Source of the DNA: Chthoniobacteraceae bacterium
GTDB taxonomy: Bacteria > Verrucomicrobiota > Verrucomicrobiia > Chthoniobacterales > Chthoniobacteraceae
Length of the DNA stretch: 64,000 bases
Direction of reading: 5' to 3'
Assembly (NCBI GenBank): GCA_031409655.1
Contig: JANNXQ010000102.1
Coordinates: forward strand, 1-64,000
This document shows positions 10,592 through 21,114 of this stretch, in pieces (position 1 is the first letter of the stretch; the number at the start of each line of letters is the position of its first letter). The position numbers and the translations under genes are program-made. The notes beneath the pieces are model-generated. The model was not told the DNA's origin and made no database searches. It saw nothing but the letters and a program-made list of their open reading frames with translations.

Positions 10592-10665
10592 CCGCGCTGA
10601 TCGGGCTCTTCGTGGGGGTGTAAAGGGGTTGCGGTTTTTGGGGGCAACGCGAGGTGCGTGCGGTG

Positions 10666-10758
10666 CTAAACGCCAAACTTCAAACTTCAAACGCCAAACG
10701 CCAAAGGACTGCCCGCCTGGCGCGAGCCTGCGTTTGGCGTTTGAAGTTTGGCGTTTAG
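10666..10758. repeat. Heptamer tandem inverted repeat (AAACGCC/AAACTTC arm, then GTTTGGC/GTTTGAA arm)
   Basis: Read directly; same units as 37713-37834. Confidence 0.9.
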
Positions 10759-10868
10759 CTGCGTGCGACTTCACAACCATCCCGGCTCTGTACTCCATCA
10801 GCCCGGCGCCCCCACGCTCGGAATCTCCTGCTTCCCGTCCCTCCCTGGATCACTCACACTTCCCCACC

Positions 10869-12350
10869 ATGACTCCCTTCTCCCGTCGTCGTTTCCTCCA
10901 CGTCACCGGACTCAGCCTCCTCGCAGGTCGCGCCGTCTCCGCCATCGAACCCTTTCCCCGCACCGGCCCGCCACGGCTGCAACTCAGCCTCGCCGCGTAT
11001 TCCTTCCGCCAGTTTTTTAAGGAAGAGAAAGGCAAGCCGATCGCCAATGGCACGCTCGAGATGCCCGCGTTCATCGACTACTGCGCAAAGCAAGGCTGCG
11101 CCGGCGCGGAACTGACCAGCTATTACTTTCCGAAAGATGGGACGCGCGAGGATCTGCTGAAGGTGCGGCGGCACGCGTGGCTGCGCGGCGTGGCGATCAG
11201 CGGCACCTCGGTCGGCAATACTTTCACCCACGACGCCGGGCCGCAACGCGCAGAGCAGATCGCACTCGTAAAGCAGTGGGTGGATAACGCGGCGCTCCTC
11301 GGCACCTCGCATGTGCGGGTCTTTGCCGGCGCGGCGCAGAAAGGGATGAGCAACGAGCAGGCGGTGAAAAATTGCATCGCCGCACTGGAGGAGTGTGGGG
11401 CCTACGCGGGCCAGCAGGGCGTCTTCCTCGGCATCGAAAATCACGGCGGGATCGTGGCGGAGCCCGCGGGATTGCTCGCGATCGTGAAAGCCGTGCAGAG
11501 CCCGTGGGTCGGGGTGAATCTCGACACCGGAAATTTCCACGGCCCCGACCCGTATGCCGACCTCGCCCTCTGCGCCCCCTACGCGGTGAATGTGCAGGTA
11601 AAAGTGGAGATGAAGCGCGGCACCGCAGCACGGGAAGCGGCGGACCTCCCGCGGCTGGTAAAAATCCTGCGCGACGCCAAATACCAGGGCTGGGTGGCGC
11701 TGGAGTATGAGGCGAAGGAAGATCCCTGGGCAGCGGTGCCCCGGCATCTCGCAGCGCTCAAGCAGGCGATCGACGGCGGTGCGCCGGTGGCGCAGAAGTC
11801 GGAGTGGACGCCGCTCTTTGACGGCCAGACGCTCACTGGGTGGAAGCTCACGGAATTCAGCGGCCAGGGCGAGGTGAAGGTGGAAGACGGCGCCATGATC
11901 CTAGACATGGGCGGCGATATCACCGGCGTGAATTTCACCGGCGAAACGCCGAAGACGAACTACGAAGTCGCGCTCGAAGCGCGGCGCATCCAAGGCTCGG
12001 ATTTCTTCTGCGCCCTGACTTTTCCCGTCGGCGAATCCCACGCGACGCTCGTCGTCGGTGGCTGGGGTGGCGGGCTCGTGGGCATCTCGAACATCGATGG
12101 CAATGACGCCTCGGAGAACGAGACCACGCAGATCATGAAGTTTGACGCTGGGCGCTGGTATAAGGTGCGCGTGCGGGTGACCCCGGAGCGCATCGAGACG
12201 TGGATCGACGACGAGCAGATGGCGAAGGTGGATCTGAAGGATAAGAAGATCGAAATGCGCGCTGGGGAGATCGAGCTCTCGAAACCCTTTGGCATCGCGA
12301 CCTTCCGCACCCGCGGCGCGCTGCGGGACATCAAACTCCGCCGTCTGTGA
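10869..12350 (+). CDS. Tat-exported sugar-phosphate isomerase/epimerase (TIM barrel) fused to a DUF1080 domain
   Basis: SRRRFL Tat motif; IENHG, NLDTGNF, ALEYE; then WTPLFDGQTLTGW DUF1080 start. Confidence 0.88.
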   Translation: MTPFSRRRFLHVTGLSLLAGRAVSAIEPFPRTGPPRLQLSLAAYSFRQFFKEEKGKPIANGTLEMPAFIDYCAKQGCAGAELTSYYFPKDGTREDLLKVRRHAWLRGVAISGTSVGNTFTHDAGPQRAEQIALVKQWVDNAALLGTSHVRVFAGAAQKGMSNEQAVKNCIAALEECGAYAGQQGVFLGIENHGGIVAEPAGLLAIVKAVQSPWVGVNLDTGNFHGPDPYADLALCAPYAVNVQVKVEMKRGTAAREAADLPRLVKILRDAKYQGWVALEYEAKEDPWAAVPRHLAALKQAIDGGAPVAQKSEWTPLFDGQTLTGWKLTEFSGQGEVKVEDGAMILDMGGDITGVNFTGETPKTNYEVALEARRIQGSDFFCALTFPVGESHATLVVGGWGGGLVGISNIDGNDASENETTQIMKFDAGRWYKVRVRVTPERIETWIDDEQMAKVDLKDKKIEMRAGEIELSKPFGIATFRTRGALRDIKLRRL

Positions 12351-13252
12351 AACGCCTGCTCCTTTTGGCGCTCGCGCCCGTCGCCGCCCACGCCTGGGAT
12401 CCCGCCGGACACATGCTCGTGGGGCAAATCGCGTGGACGCACGCCAAGCCCGCCACCCGCGAAAAGGTCGCGGAACTCGTCCAGCACCTCGACAACCGCT
12501 TCAACGAAATGCAGCCGTACAATTTCATCACCGCTGGCTGCTGGATGGACGACATGCGCTCGCTCGGACGCGACTACCAGTGGGGCCCGCTGCACTACGT
12601 CACGATCCCGTGGACCGAAAGTGGCGAGCCCGCGGAGATCCCACCTGCGCCCAACATCGTCACCGCCATCGACGCCAATCTCGTCACGCTGCGCGATCCG
12701 CAATCCAGCTTCGATCAGCGCGTCGAAGCCGTCGGCATGCTCCTGCATTTCGTCGGCGACATCCACCAGCCGCTCCACGCCACCGATCGCAATGGCGACC
12801 GCGGCGGCAATGCGCTCCTCATCGATGGCATCCCCTTCTCCGATCTGAAATCCAAGCGCGGCCACAATCTGCACACCTATTGGGACAAGGCGTTTCGCTT
12901 CACCGGAAAGGACGGCACCATCGCCGAATTATGGCCGGCACCCGAACTCCACGAGCGCCCGACGGCGCCCGATGAAGGGGTGATCGCGGCCCAAGCGACG
13001 AAGCTCATCGCGGATTTTCCGGCGTCCCTTTTTCCCGAACTCCAGACCCCCGCGTCCGCTGCGACGATGGCCCAGGAAACGCACCGACTCGGCTGCAAAT
13101 CCGCCTATCCGCCCGGCGACGATCCGGCGGATACGGGCGTGCGCAAGCTCACGCCCGAGTTTGTCCAGACCTCGCTGCCCATTGCCCGCGGTCGCGTCGC
13201 GCTCGCCGGCTACCGGCTCGCTGCGCTCCTCGATTCCATCTTCGCTCCGTAG
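12347..13252 (+). CDS. S1/P1 nuclease
   Basis: AWDPAGH, WMDD, HFVGDIHQPLH, GGN, NLHTYWD, AGYRLA. Confidence 0.95.
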   Translation: MKRLLLLALAPVAAHAWDPAGHMLVGQIAWTHAKPATREKVAELVQHLDNRFNEMQPYNFITAGCWMDDMRSLGRDYQWGPLHYVTIPWTESGEPAEIPPAPNIVTAIDANLVTLRDPQSSFDQRVEAVGMLLHFVGDIHQPLHATDRNGDRGGNALLIDGIPFSDLKSKRGHNLHTYWDKAFRFTGKDGTIAELWPAPELHERPTAPDEGVIAAQATKLIADFPASLFPELQTPASAATMAQETHRLGCKSAYPPGDDPADTGVRKLTPEFVQTSLPIARGRVALAGYRLAALLDSIFAP

Positions 13253-13282
13253 TGCGGAGCCGGGGCGCGCTTTCGTTGGCTG

Positions 13283-14059
13283 ATGAGTGATTACGCGTCC
13301 CGCTTTGGCGGCCTCGCCCGGCTCTACGGAAGCGAGGCGCTCCCGCGACTACAGGCCGCGCACGTCTGTGTGATCGGCGTGGGCGGCGTGGGTTCGTGGA
13401 CCGTCGAGGCGCTCGCGCGCTCCGGCATCGGCGCGCTCACGCTCATCGACCTCGATGATGTCTGCGTGACGAATGTGAACCGCCAGCTCCCGGCACTCGA
13501 TGGCGAGATCGGCCGCGCGAAAATCGATGTCCTCGCGGATCGCATACGACTCATCAATCCCGATTGCCGCGTGGAACGGCGGGCCGAATTTTTCACCGCC
13601 GCCACCGCCGATCGCCTGCTCGCGACGAATTCCGATTTCGTGGTCGATGCGACTGACAAGCTCACGAACAAATGCCTGATCATCACCGGCTGCCGTCAAC
13701 GCGCCATCCCGGTGCTGACCGTCGGCGGGGCTGGCGGACGGCGCGACGGCACCGCGGTGCGCGTCTGCGATCTCGCCCACTCCGAGATGGATGAACTGCT
13801 CCGGCAAGTGCGGCGGAAATTGCGCCGCGACTTTGGCTTTCCCCGCGAGCCGCAGGCGGACTTCGGCGTGCCCTGCGTCTTTACGCCGGAGCCACCGGTG
13901 TATCCCTGGGCGGACGGCGCCTGCCGCTCCGAGCCCGAACCGGAAAGCACGCTCACGCTCGACTGCGCGACCGGCTTCGGCACCGCGAGCTTCGTCACCG
14001 GCGCCTTCGGATTCGCCGCCGCCGGCGAAATCGTCCGCCGCATCGCGCTTCCACAGTAG
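13283..14059 (+). CDS. tcdA: tRNA threonylcarbamoyladenosine dehydratase (ThiF family)
   Basis: GVGGVGSWTVEALARSG, DLDDVCVTNVNRQ, FVTGAFGF. Confidence 0.88.
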   Translation: MSDYASRFGGLARLYGSEALPRLQAAHVCVIGVGGVGSWTVEALARSGIGALTLIDLDDVCVTNVNRQLPALDGEIGRAKIDVLADRIRLINPDCRVERRAEFFTAATADRLLATNSDFVVDATDKLTNKCLIITGCRQRAIPVLTVGGAGGRRDGTAVRVCDLAHSEMDELLRQVRRKLRRDFGFPREPQADFGVPCVFTPEPPVYPWADGACRSEPEPESTLTLDCATGFGTASFVTGAFGFAAAGEIVRRIALPQ

Positions 14060-14075
14060 CGATCCGCCCCCTCAA

Positions 14076-14130
14076 GGAGTAGGGGCGCCCTCGCCCCGAG
14101 TTGATCATTGCGCGGGCGCGCCCCGACTCC
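14076..14130. repeat. GTAG-type REP-like palindrome
   Basis: GGAGTAGGGGCGC...GCGCCCCGACTCC inverted arms; inner hairpin GGGGCG-CCCT-CGCCCC. Confidence 0.55.
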
Positions 14131-14186
14131 TTCTCGCAAGCCTTGGTGCTTCTCTCGCAGGACCGCGCCCACTAGCCTCATCCCAC

Positions 14187-15269
14187 ATGTTTAAGACCCG
14201 CCACTCGATCCCCGGCACGCCGCCAGGCACGCTCATCCCGAGCACTTCGAGTGACCCATCCCGCAAACCGATCCTGAAAGTGGTGGAGTATCACGAGGGC
14301 GATCTTCAGGAACGGACCGTCGGCTCGGTCGCAGAGTTGCCCGAGTGCACGGCGGACGGCCGCATGTATTGGATCGAAATGAACGGCACCGGCGACGTCG
14401 AAATGCTGCGCGCGCTGGGCGAAAAATATCACCTGCATCCGCTCGCGCTCGAAGACGTGCTGCACACTGGCCAACGACCGAAGGTGGAGCAGTATGAGCA
14501 CAGGCTCTTCATCGTCGCCCAGATGCTCTACCGCGACGAAGAGGAGCACATGTGTGGCGAGCAGGTCTCGATGTTTCTCTCCCACAATCTGCTCATCACC
14601 ATCCAGGAAGATGCCGAGGCGGATGTCTTCGAGCCCGTCCGCGCGCGCTTGCGCAGCGGGCGTGGTTACATCCGCAAGCTCGGCCCGGACTACCTCGCCT
14701 ACGCCCTGCTCGATTCCATCATCGACCACTGCTTCCCCATCCTCGAAGCGCTCGGCGACGCCCTCGAAGACATGGAAGACGAACTCCTGGACCGCCCTTC
14801 GCACGCCACCGTCGCCACCCTGCACAACTACCGCCGCACCCTCATGCAGATGCGCCGCCTCGTCTGGCCCGAGCGCGACGTGGTGAACAGCCTCCTCCAC
14901 GACGACAGCGGCCTCGTCTCGAAGCAGACCAAAGTTTTCCTCCGCGACTGCTACGATCACACCGTGCAGATCATGGACCTCATCGAGAGCTATCGCGACG
15001 TCACCGGCGGGATGATGGAACTCTACCTCTCCGCCGTCGGCCAGCGCACGAATGAGATCATGCGTGTGCTCACCGTGATGTCGTCCATCTTTATCCCCCT
15101 CACCTTCCTCGCCGGAGTCTATGGGATGAACTTCGCCGGCGGCGAAACCGATCATCCGCTGAACATGCCCGAACTCTACATGCCCTACGGGTACATCGGC
15201 GTCCTCACCGTCATGGCCACGGTCGCGATCGGCATGCTCCTCTTCTTCAAACGGAAACGCTGGTTCTGA
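14187..15269 (+). CDS. corA: Magnesium/cobalt transporter CorA
   Basis: LHPLALEDV, QRPK, PLTFLAGVYGMNF, MPEL. Confidence 0.96.
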   Translation: MFKTRHSIPGTPPGTLIPSTSSDPSRKPILKVVEYHEGDLQERTVGSVAELPECTADGRMYWIEMNGTGDVEMLRALGEKYHLHPLALEDVLHTGQRPKVEQYEHRLFIVAQMLYRDEEEHMCGEQVSMFLSHNLLITIQEDAEADVFEPVRARLRSGRGYIRKLGPDYLAYALLDSIIDHCFPILEALGDALEDMEDELLDRPSHATVATLHNYRRTLMQMRRLVWPERDVVNSLLHDDSGLVSKQTKVFLRDCYDHTVQIMDLIESYRDVTGGMMELYLSAVGQRTNEIMRVLTVMSSIFIPLTFLAGVYGMNFAGGETDHPLNMPELYMPYGYIGVLTVMATVAIGMLLFFKRKRWF

Positions 15270-15325
15270 GGCGCGAGGACAAAAGCCCGAATTCGAAACG
15301 AGCGAATCGCTCGTCTCGAACGACC

Positions 15326-15353
15326 CATCACCTATCACCAATCACTAATCACT
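15326..15353 (+). repeat. Short heptamer tandem (ATCACC/ATCACT core, 4 units)
   Basis: CCATCACCTATCACCAATCACTAATCAC upstream of ftsY. Confidence 0.6.
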
Positions 15354-15366
15354 GCCGTCTCACCCA

Positions 15367-16215
15367 ATGGCCTTCGGCTTCTTAAAATCCATCATCCAAA
15401 AGTTCACCGGCCGTCCCGTCGATTGGGAGGAACTGGAGGAAATGCTCATCCGCGCCGATCTCGGCGTGCCCATGGCCACCCGCATCCTCGCCGCCTGCCG
15501 CGAGCGACCGGAAAAGCTCACCGCGGAAACAGCGGCGACCATCGCCCGCGAAGAAGTCCTCAAAGTGCTCCCGCGCGACAATCTCCAGCTCCGCCCTTTC
15601 CCCTCCAAACCCAAGGTCGTCCTCGTCGTCGGCGTGAACGGCACCGGCAAAACCACCAGCACCGCCAAGCTCGCCTACTTTCTGAAAAGCCGCGGCCACA
15701 GCGTCCTCCTCGCCGCTGCCGATACCTTCCGCGCCGCCGCCATCGAGCAACTTGGCGTGTGGGCAGACCGGATCGGGTGCGAGATCATCAAGGGCCAATA
15801 CCACGCCGACCCCGCCGCCATCTGCCACGACGCCTACCGCGCGGCCGAGAGTCGGAACATTGAGTTTGTCATCTGCGACACCGCTGGCCGCCTGCACACG
15901 AAGGCAAACCTCATGAGCGAACTGGATAAGATCAAACGCGCGCTCAGCAAGTGCGACCCCGATGCCCCGCACGAAAGCCTGCTCGTCGTCGATGCCACCA
16001 CCGGCTCCAACGCCGTGCGGCAAGCGAAGGAATTCGACCTCGCCGCGAAGCTCACCGGCGTCATCGTCACGAAGCTCGATGGCAGCGGCAAAGGCGGCGT
16101 CGTCGTCGCGATCAAAAACGAACTCGGCCTCCCCACGCGCTTCATCGGCACTGGCGAGAAGCTGGAGAACTTCGCCTTCTTCGAAAGCCGATCCTTCGTC
16201 GAACAGATGCTGTAG
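15367..16215 (+). CDS. ftsY: SRP receptor FtsY (NG domain only)
   Basis: GVNGTGKTT, DTFRAAA, DTAGR, TKLDGSGKGG, GTGE. Confidence 0.96.
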   Translation: MAFGFLKSIIQKFTGRPVDWEELEEMLIRADLGVPMATRILAACRERPEKLTAETAATIAREEVLKVLPRDNLQLRPFPSKPKVVLVVGVNGTGKTTSTAKLAYFLKSRGHSVLLAAADTFRAAAIEQLGVWADRIGCEIIKGQYHADPAAICHDAYRAAESRNIEFVICDTAGRLHTKANLMSELDKIKRALSKCDPDAPHESLLVVDATTGSNAVRQAKEFDLAAKLTGVIVTKLDGSGKGGVVVAIKNELGLPTRFIGTGEKLENFAFFESRSFVEQML

Positions 16216-16290
16216 CGAGGGTCGGCCCCGAGCAGGCAGGGGATTTTCGGGTTTCGCAAAATCGGGCTGAAGCCGCCGCCACCCGGCCAG

Positions 16291-18657
16291 CTATTCAGTG
16301 TGCGGAGCGGCGGACGGTGCTGAGGAGAGCGGAGCGTCACCAGCCCAGTGCCGTGCGAAAAACTCCATGCGCCGACGGTTCGCATAGGGAGTCTCCGCCG
16401 CGCCGTGGCCGGCGCCGGCGACCACGAGCAGGTCGAACGGCTGGCCCGCCTTTTGCAGCGCGTGGACGACTTGCATGGTCGAGGCGGGATCGACGTTGCG
16501 GTCGAGTTCACCGACGCAGAGCATCAGCGCGCCGCGCAGCTTCGCGGCGTCGGTGACGTTCGACGCGCGCACGTAGGAGTCGTCCACGGGCCAGCCGAGC
16601 CACTGTTCGTTCCACCAGATCTTGTCCATGCGATTGTCGTGGCAGCCGCAGTCGGCGAAGGCGGCTTGGTAGAAGTCGGCGTGGTCGAGCAGTGCGCGCA
16701 TCGCGCTCTGTCCGCCAGCGCTGCCGCCGTAGATGCCGACGCGTGCGCGGTCCAGCCAGGGACGCGTGGCGGCAGCGGTTTTGATCCATGCGATGCGGTC
16801 GGGGAAGCCGGCGTCCTGCAGGTTTTTCCACGCGACATCGTGGAAGGCTTTGCCGCGATGGTTCGTGCCCATGCCGTCGGCTTTCACGACGATGAAGCCG
16901 AGCTCGGCGTAGGAGTGCTGGAGCGCGAGCGTGCCAAAGGTCTTCGGCGAAAACGCACCGTGCGGGCCGGCATACACTTCCTCGAGCACGGGATACTTTT
17001 TCGCCGGATCGAAGTGCGAGGGCTTGATGAGGACGCCGTGAATGTCCGTCACGCCGTCGCGCCCTTTCGCGACGAAGCGCTCGGGCAACGTCCAGCCCGT
17101 GGCGAGCAGCGCGGTGGCGTCGGCGCGTTCGAGTTCGCAGATCATCTGGCCGTCGTCGCTGCGGCGCAGTTCGGTCACGGGCGGGTGATCGGCGCGCGAC
17201 CACGAGTCGGTGAAGAAGCGGTGATCCGGCGAAAACGCGACCGCATGATCGCCGTCGCCCGCGGTGAGTTGCACGAAGCCGCTGCCGTCGAAGTTCACGC
17301 GGCAAAGTTGGCGGTGATAGGGGTCTTCAGCCGCGCGCAGGCCGCTCGCGAGGAACCACACCTGCCGCTTCGCTTCATCCACGCGCTCAACTTTCCGCAC
17401 GATCCACGCACCGCGCGTGACCTGATTTTTCACCGCACCCGTCGCCGAGTCGTAGAGCCACAGGTGGCACCAGCCATCGCGCTCGCTCATCCAGAGCAGC
17501 TCGCGCGCGTCGTCGAGCCAGTGGCGCCACGTCTTGTTCGTGTAGTCGATGAACGTGCGCGCCGTTTCCTCGACGATGGTGCGCACCGCGCCGGTCTGTC
17601 CGTTCACCGCGAGGATGCGCCAGAGCTGATGCCCGCGCTGATTGTAGTCGAAGAAAAACTCGTCGCCGCGTGGCGACCAGCGGAGGTCGAGCGTGCCGCC
17701 GGGCGTGAAGGGATTTGGAAACAGCTCATCGGCGATGCGCAGCGGCTGGCGATCCGCGAGGCGGAAGAGCACCAGGCGCGGATGAGGCAGTTCGTCGCCG
17801 GGCTTCGCGTAGTCGAAGGTGTGGGTCTTCGGCTGCGTCTGATCCGCGGGCTTCGCCTCGACGATCGTCACCTTCCGTACCGGCGCGTCCTTCACCGAAA
17901 GCACCACGAAGCTCTGCCCATCCGGCGACCACGCGCTCGGGCCGCGATACGGCTGCGCTGCGGTGGCGTCCGCGGTGAGCGTCGTCGTTTCTCCAGTCGT
18001 CTTGTCGCGCAGCACCACCTGATTTTTCTCGAAGCGCACCTGCCAGCGGCCATCCGGTGACGTGTCCCGCGACGGAGTCTTCCGTGGTTTTACGGGCTGC
18101 CCCTTGCCGTCGATCGTGAGTTCGAGCGCCTCGGCTTTTGCTTCGATCACCGCGAGCGGATCGCCCTTGGCATCGGCCACCAGCCAGACATGCCCGTCGA
18201 AGCTGTGCATGGTTCGCGTCCCGGCGGGCGCGATCTTGCCGTAGGATTTCCGCTGTCCCTGTTGATCGACCCAGAAGAGTTCGATGGGCCCCGCGGTGCC
18301 GTTGGTGAACGCGACCTGCGTCTCGTCTCCGGTCCGCTGGGTCCGCCGAATCTCCAGCGTCGTGCCCGAGGACGGAGTGAGCGCGGGCTTCGGCAGGTCC
18401 AGCGTCGCCGCTTCCGCAGCTCGGGTGATCTTCCCCGTCTCCGCTTCGACGCGCACGTATTCCCAAGTCTTCGGCCCGGTCTGCACACGATACCAAAACC
18501 GCTGCCCATCCGGCAGCCAGTGCGGTTCGACTTTCGCGCGGAAGACTTTCCCCTCCACTTGCTTCGCAAAGGCGATCGCGCGGTCGATGCCAGGAGTAGG
18601 AGCCTGCGCGTGCAGGGTCGTCGCGGCGAGCAGGGAGAGCAGGATGGAGCGCGTCAT
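16291..18657 (-). CDS. S9 (DPP-IV-like) peptidase with inserted VHL-beta-like domain
   Basis: GIYGGSAGG nucleophile motif, DRNVDP, AGHG; propeller N-terminus; segment FTNGTAGPIELFWVD...SFDGHVWLV. Confidence 0.9.
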   Translation of the reverse strand: MTRSILLSLLAATTLHAQAPTPGIDRAIAFAKQVEGKVFRAKVEPHWLPDGQRFWYRVQTGPKTWEYVRVEAETGKITRAAEAATLDLPKPALTPSSGTTLEIRRTQRTGDETQVAFTNGTAGPIELFWVDQQGQRKSYGKIAPAGTRTMHSFDGHVWLVADAKGDPLAVIEAKAEALELTIDGKGQPVKPRKTPSRDTSPDGRWQVRFEKNQVVLRDKTTGETTTLTADATAAQPYRGPSAWSPDGQSFVVLSVKDAPVRKVTIVEAKPADQTQPKTHTFDYAKPGDELPHPRLVLFRLADRQPLRIADELFPNPFTPGGTLDLRWSPRGDEFFFDYNQRGHQLWRILAVNGQTGAVRTIVEETARTFIDYTNKTWRHWLDDARELLWMSERDGWCHLWLYDSATGAVKNQVTRGAWIVRKVERVDEAKRQVWFLASGLRAAEDPYHRQLCRVNFDGSGFVQLTAGDGDHAVAFSPDHRFFTDSWSRADHPPVTELRRSDDGQMICELERADATALLATGWTLPERFVAKGRDGVTDIHGVLIKPSHFDPAKKYPVLEEVYAGPHGAFSPKTFGTLALQHSYAELGFIVVKADGMGTNHRGKAFHDVAWKNLQDAGFPDRIAWIKTAAATRPWLDRARVGIYGGSAGGQSAMRALLDHADFYQAAFADCGCHDNRMDKIWWNEQWLGWPVDDSYVRASNVTDAAKLRGALMLCVGELDRNVDPASTMQVVHALQKAGQPFDLLVVAGAGHGAAETPYANRRRMEFFARHWAGDAPLSSAPSAAPHTE

Positions 18658-18861
18658 GGGCTTGGGAATAGAGGGCTGTCGTTTCATCAACACAGAGACA
18701 TCACTCACGCAATCCCGGAACGTGGAAGCGGTCTTGGCTTCCTCCGTCGCAAACTGCCGTAGAATCAGCCAACTCACCCGTCCGGCGCTCCGCACTCAGT
18801 CGCTCATGGCGATCTGCGGCCATTATCGCCACGGCGCACGCGATAGTATCATCTCTCCGTT

Positions 18862-20685
18862 ATGCGCCCCTCTGCTCGTTTCTTCGTGCTCACCTCGTCG
18901 CTCGGGATCGCGGCCCTCGCTGCTGAACTCGGCCCGCAGGATTTTCTCCCGCCGGTCCCGCCGTGGCACGGCGCGAGTGAGTCGCTCGTCGTCGCGGCCG
19001 ATCACCCGTGGATCACGCCTGCGGAGAAAAGCGGCCTCACCGATTCGCCGGGTTACGACGAGACCGTCGCGTGGCTGGGGAAACTCTGCGCCGCCACGCC
19101 GCTCGTTTCGATGGTCGAGTGTGGCCGCACGGCGCAGGGGCGGGCGCTCTATCTCGTTATCGCCACGCGGGAAAAGGCGCACACCGCCGAAGCTCTCCGG
19201 GCGGGCGGAAAACCCACGCTGCTCGCGCAGGCCGGCATCCACTCCGGCGAGATCGATGGCAAGGACGCCGGACTCATGCTGCTCCGCGATCTCGCCTTCG
19301 GCGGAAAGAGCGCGTTGCTCGACCGCGCGAACTTTCTCTTCATCCCCGTGCTCAACGCCGATGGCCACGAGCGCACCTCCGAGTGGAATCGGCCCAACCA
19401 GCGCGGCCCCGTGCGCCAGGGGTGGCGCACCACCGCGCAAAATCTGAACCTCAACCGCGACTACGTGAAGGCCGACTCCCCCGAGATGCGCGCGCTGCTC
19501 GCGGTGCTTAACATGTGGTCGCCTTCGCTCTACTTCGACATCCACGTCACCGACGGCCTCGATTACCAATACGACATTACTTACACCCATCACGGACACG
19601 CCGGCGAGGCCGCGTGGTCGCCGCAGATCGGCGCTTGGCTGGACGGCGTATTCAGCCCCGCAGTGGATGCGGCGCTCACGGCGCAGGGCCATGTGCCGCT
19701 CAACTTTTACATCAACGCTCGCGACAAAGGGGACTTCACCCGCGGCCTTGAAAACCGTCATGCCGCGCCGCGCTTCTCGCATGGCTACGGCGATCTCCGC
19801 CATCTGCCGACGGTGCTCGTCGAGACGCACTCGCTGAAGACTTACCGCCAGCGCGTGCTCGGCACTTATGTGCTCCTCGCCGCGACGCTCGAAGTGCTCG
19901 GTCGCGACGGACCCGCGCTGCAAGCCGCCATCGCCGCCGACCAGGCCGCGCGCACGCCGGCGGTCACGCTCTCGTGGATCGACGGCGGCCCGCGGCGCGA
20001 GATGGATTTCCTCGGCATCGACTACGAGACCTACGACTCGCCCGCCTCCGGCACGAAGGAAGTGCGCTGGCTCGGTCGTCCGAAGACTTATCCGAAGTTC
20101 CCCGTCTTCACCGATCGCCCCGGCCTTTCCGTGAAACGCCCCACCGCCTACTGGGTGCCTGCGTCCAAGCCCGAAGTGATCGACCGACTGAAGCTCCACG
20201 GCATCCGCGTCGAGCCGCTCGCCGCACCGCACACGGTCGAAGTCGAAATGCTGCGCCTCGTCGATCCGCAGCCGCTCACTCCGGGCCAGCCCTTCGAGTC
20301 ACGCCACCTGCTCAAGCTCGCCGGCGTGAAATCGGAGACGCGCCGCGAGACCTTCCCCGCCGGTTCCGTGCGCGTGCCCACCGATCAACCACTCGCTAAT
20401 CTCGCCATCATGATGCTCGATCCGCAGGGCGCGGACTCGCTCTTCGCGTGGGGCTTCTTCCACGAAATCCTCCAGCGCACCGAATACATCGAAGGCTACG
20501 TCATCGCCCCGCTCGCGGAAAAGATGCTCGCCGACAATCCCGCGCTGAAAGCCGAGTTCGAGGCAAAGCTCGCCGCCGAGCCAGCCTTCGCCGCCGATCC
20601 CGCCGCGCGCCTGCAGTGGTTCTACACGCGTACGAAATTCGCCGACGACCGCTTCCTCCTCTACCCCGTCGGGATAGAGCGCTGA
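18862..20685 (+). CDS. M14 zinc carboxypeptidase
   Basis: GIHSGEIDG (HxxE), NADGHE, NLNRD, DIH. Confidence 0.9.
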   Translation: MRPSARFFVLTSSLGIAALAAELGPQDFLPPVPPWHGASESLVVAADHPWITPAEKSGLTDSPGYDETVAWLGKLCAATPLVSMVECGRTAQGRALYLVIATREKAHTAEALRAGGKPTLLAQAGIHSGEIDGKDAGLMLLRDLAFGGKSALLDRANFLFIPVLNADGHERTSEWNRPNQRGPVRQGWRTTAQNLNLNRDYVKADSPEMRALLAVLNMWSPSLYFDIHVTDGLDYQYDITYTHHGHAGEAAWSPQIGAWLDGVFSPAVDAALTAQGHVPLNFYINARDKGDFTRGLENRHAAPRFSHGYGDLRHLPTVLVETHSLKTYRQRVLGTYVLLAATLEVLGRDGPALQAAIAADQAARTPAVTLSWIDGGPRREMDFLGIDYETYDSPASGTKEVRWLGRPKTYPKFPVFTDRPGLSVKRPTAYWVPASKPEVIDRLKLHGIRVEPLAAPHTVEVEMLRLVDPQPLTPGQPFESRHLLKLAGVKSETRRETFPAGSVRVPTDQPLANLAIMMLDPQGADSLFAWGFFHEILQRTEYIEGYVIAPLAEKMLADNPALKAEFEAKLAAEPAFAADPAARLQWFYTRTKFADDRFLLYPVGIER

Positions 20686-21114
20686 TCGTGCGGGCGACCT
20701 CAGCCCGGCCCGATCTCGAAGAAGACGAGGCCGCCTTCCCAGTGGATGTCACGGAAGGCTGCGGGGAAGGTGCCCGCTTCCGGCTCGATGGTGAAAGCGC
20801 GGGTGTTGGCCAGCAGGCTCCTGGGCTCTCGGCTACGGGCGCGCCGGCGACTATTGACCTGTCCCATTGTACGCAAACCGCAGAACGCGAAATCGACGAT
20901 GAACGGGCGCCGAACTCTGCACGTATGCACGGACCCCTGCCCTGCTCCCCGCGATTTCACGAAAAAATCGCTCGCACCCTCGACACGCTCGACGTGTGAG
21001 CCGGAGCGACGACCGCAGCTTCGAAGACCATCAATAGTAAGCTCTGACCCCTACCGCGCCTTCCGCCTGATCAACGGCCTGCGGCGTAAGCGGGGGCTTT
21101 TCAGACGTCCTCTG

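Noticed and set aside
10629..10868. N-terminal extensions in the ORF track (also 13791-14186 and 37766-37888)
   Set aside because: They translate repeats or intergenic DNA; better starts lie at the Tat signal, CorA MFK and PafA GTG
20700..21110. Small ORFs between the M14 peptidase and MITE copy A
   Set aside because: No recognisable motif or convincing start; cannot be supported as genes
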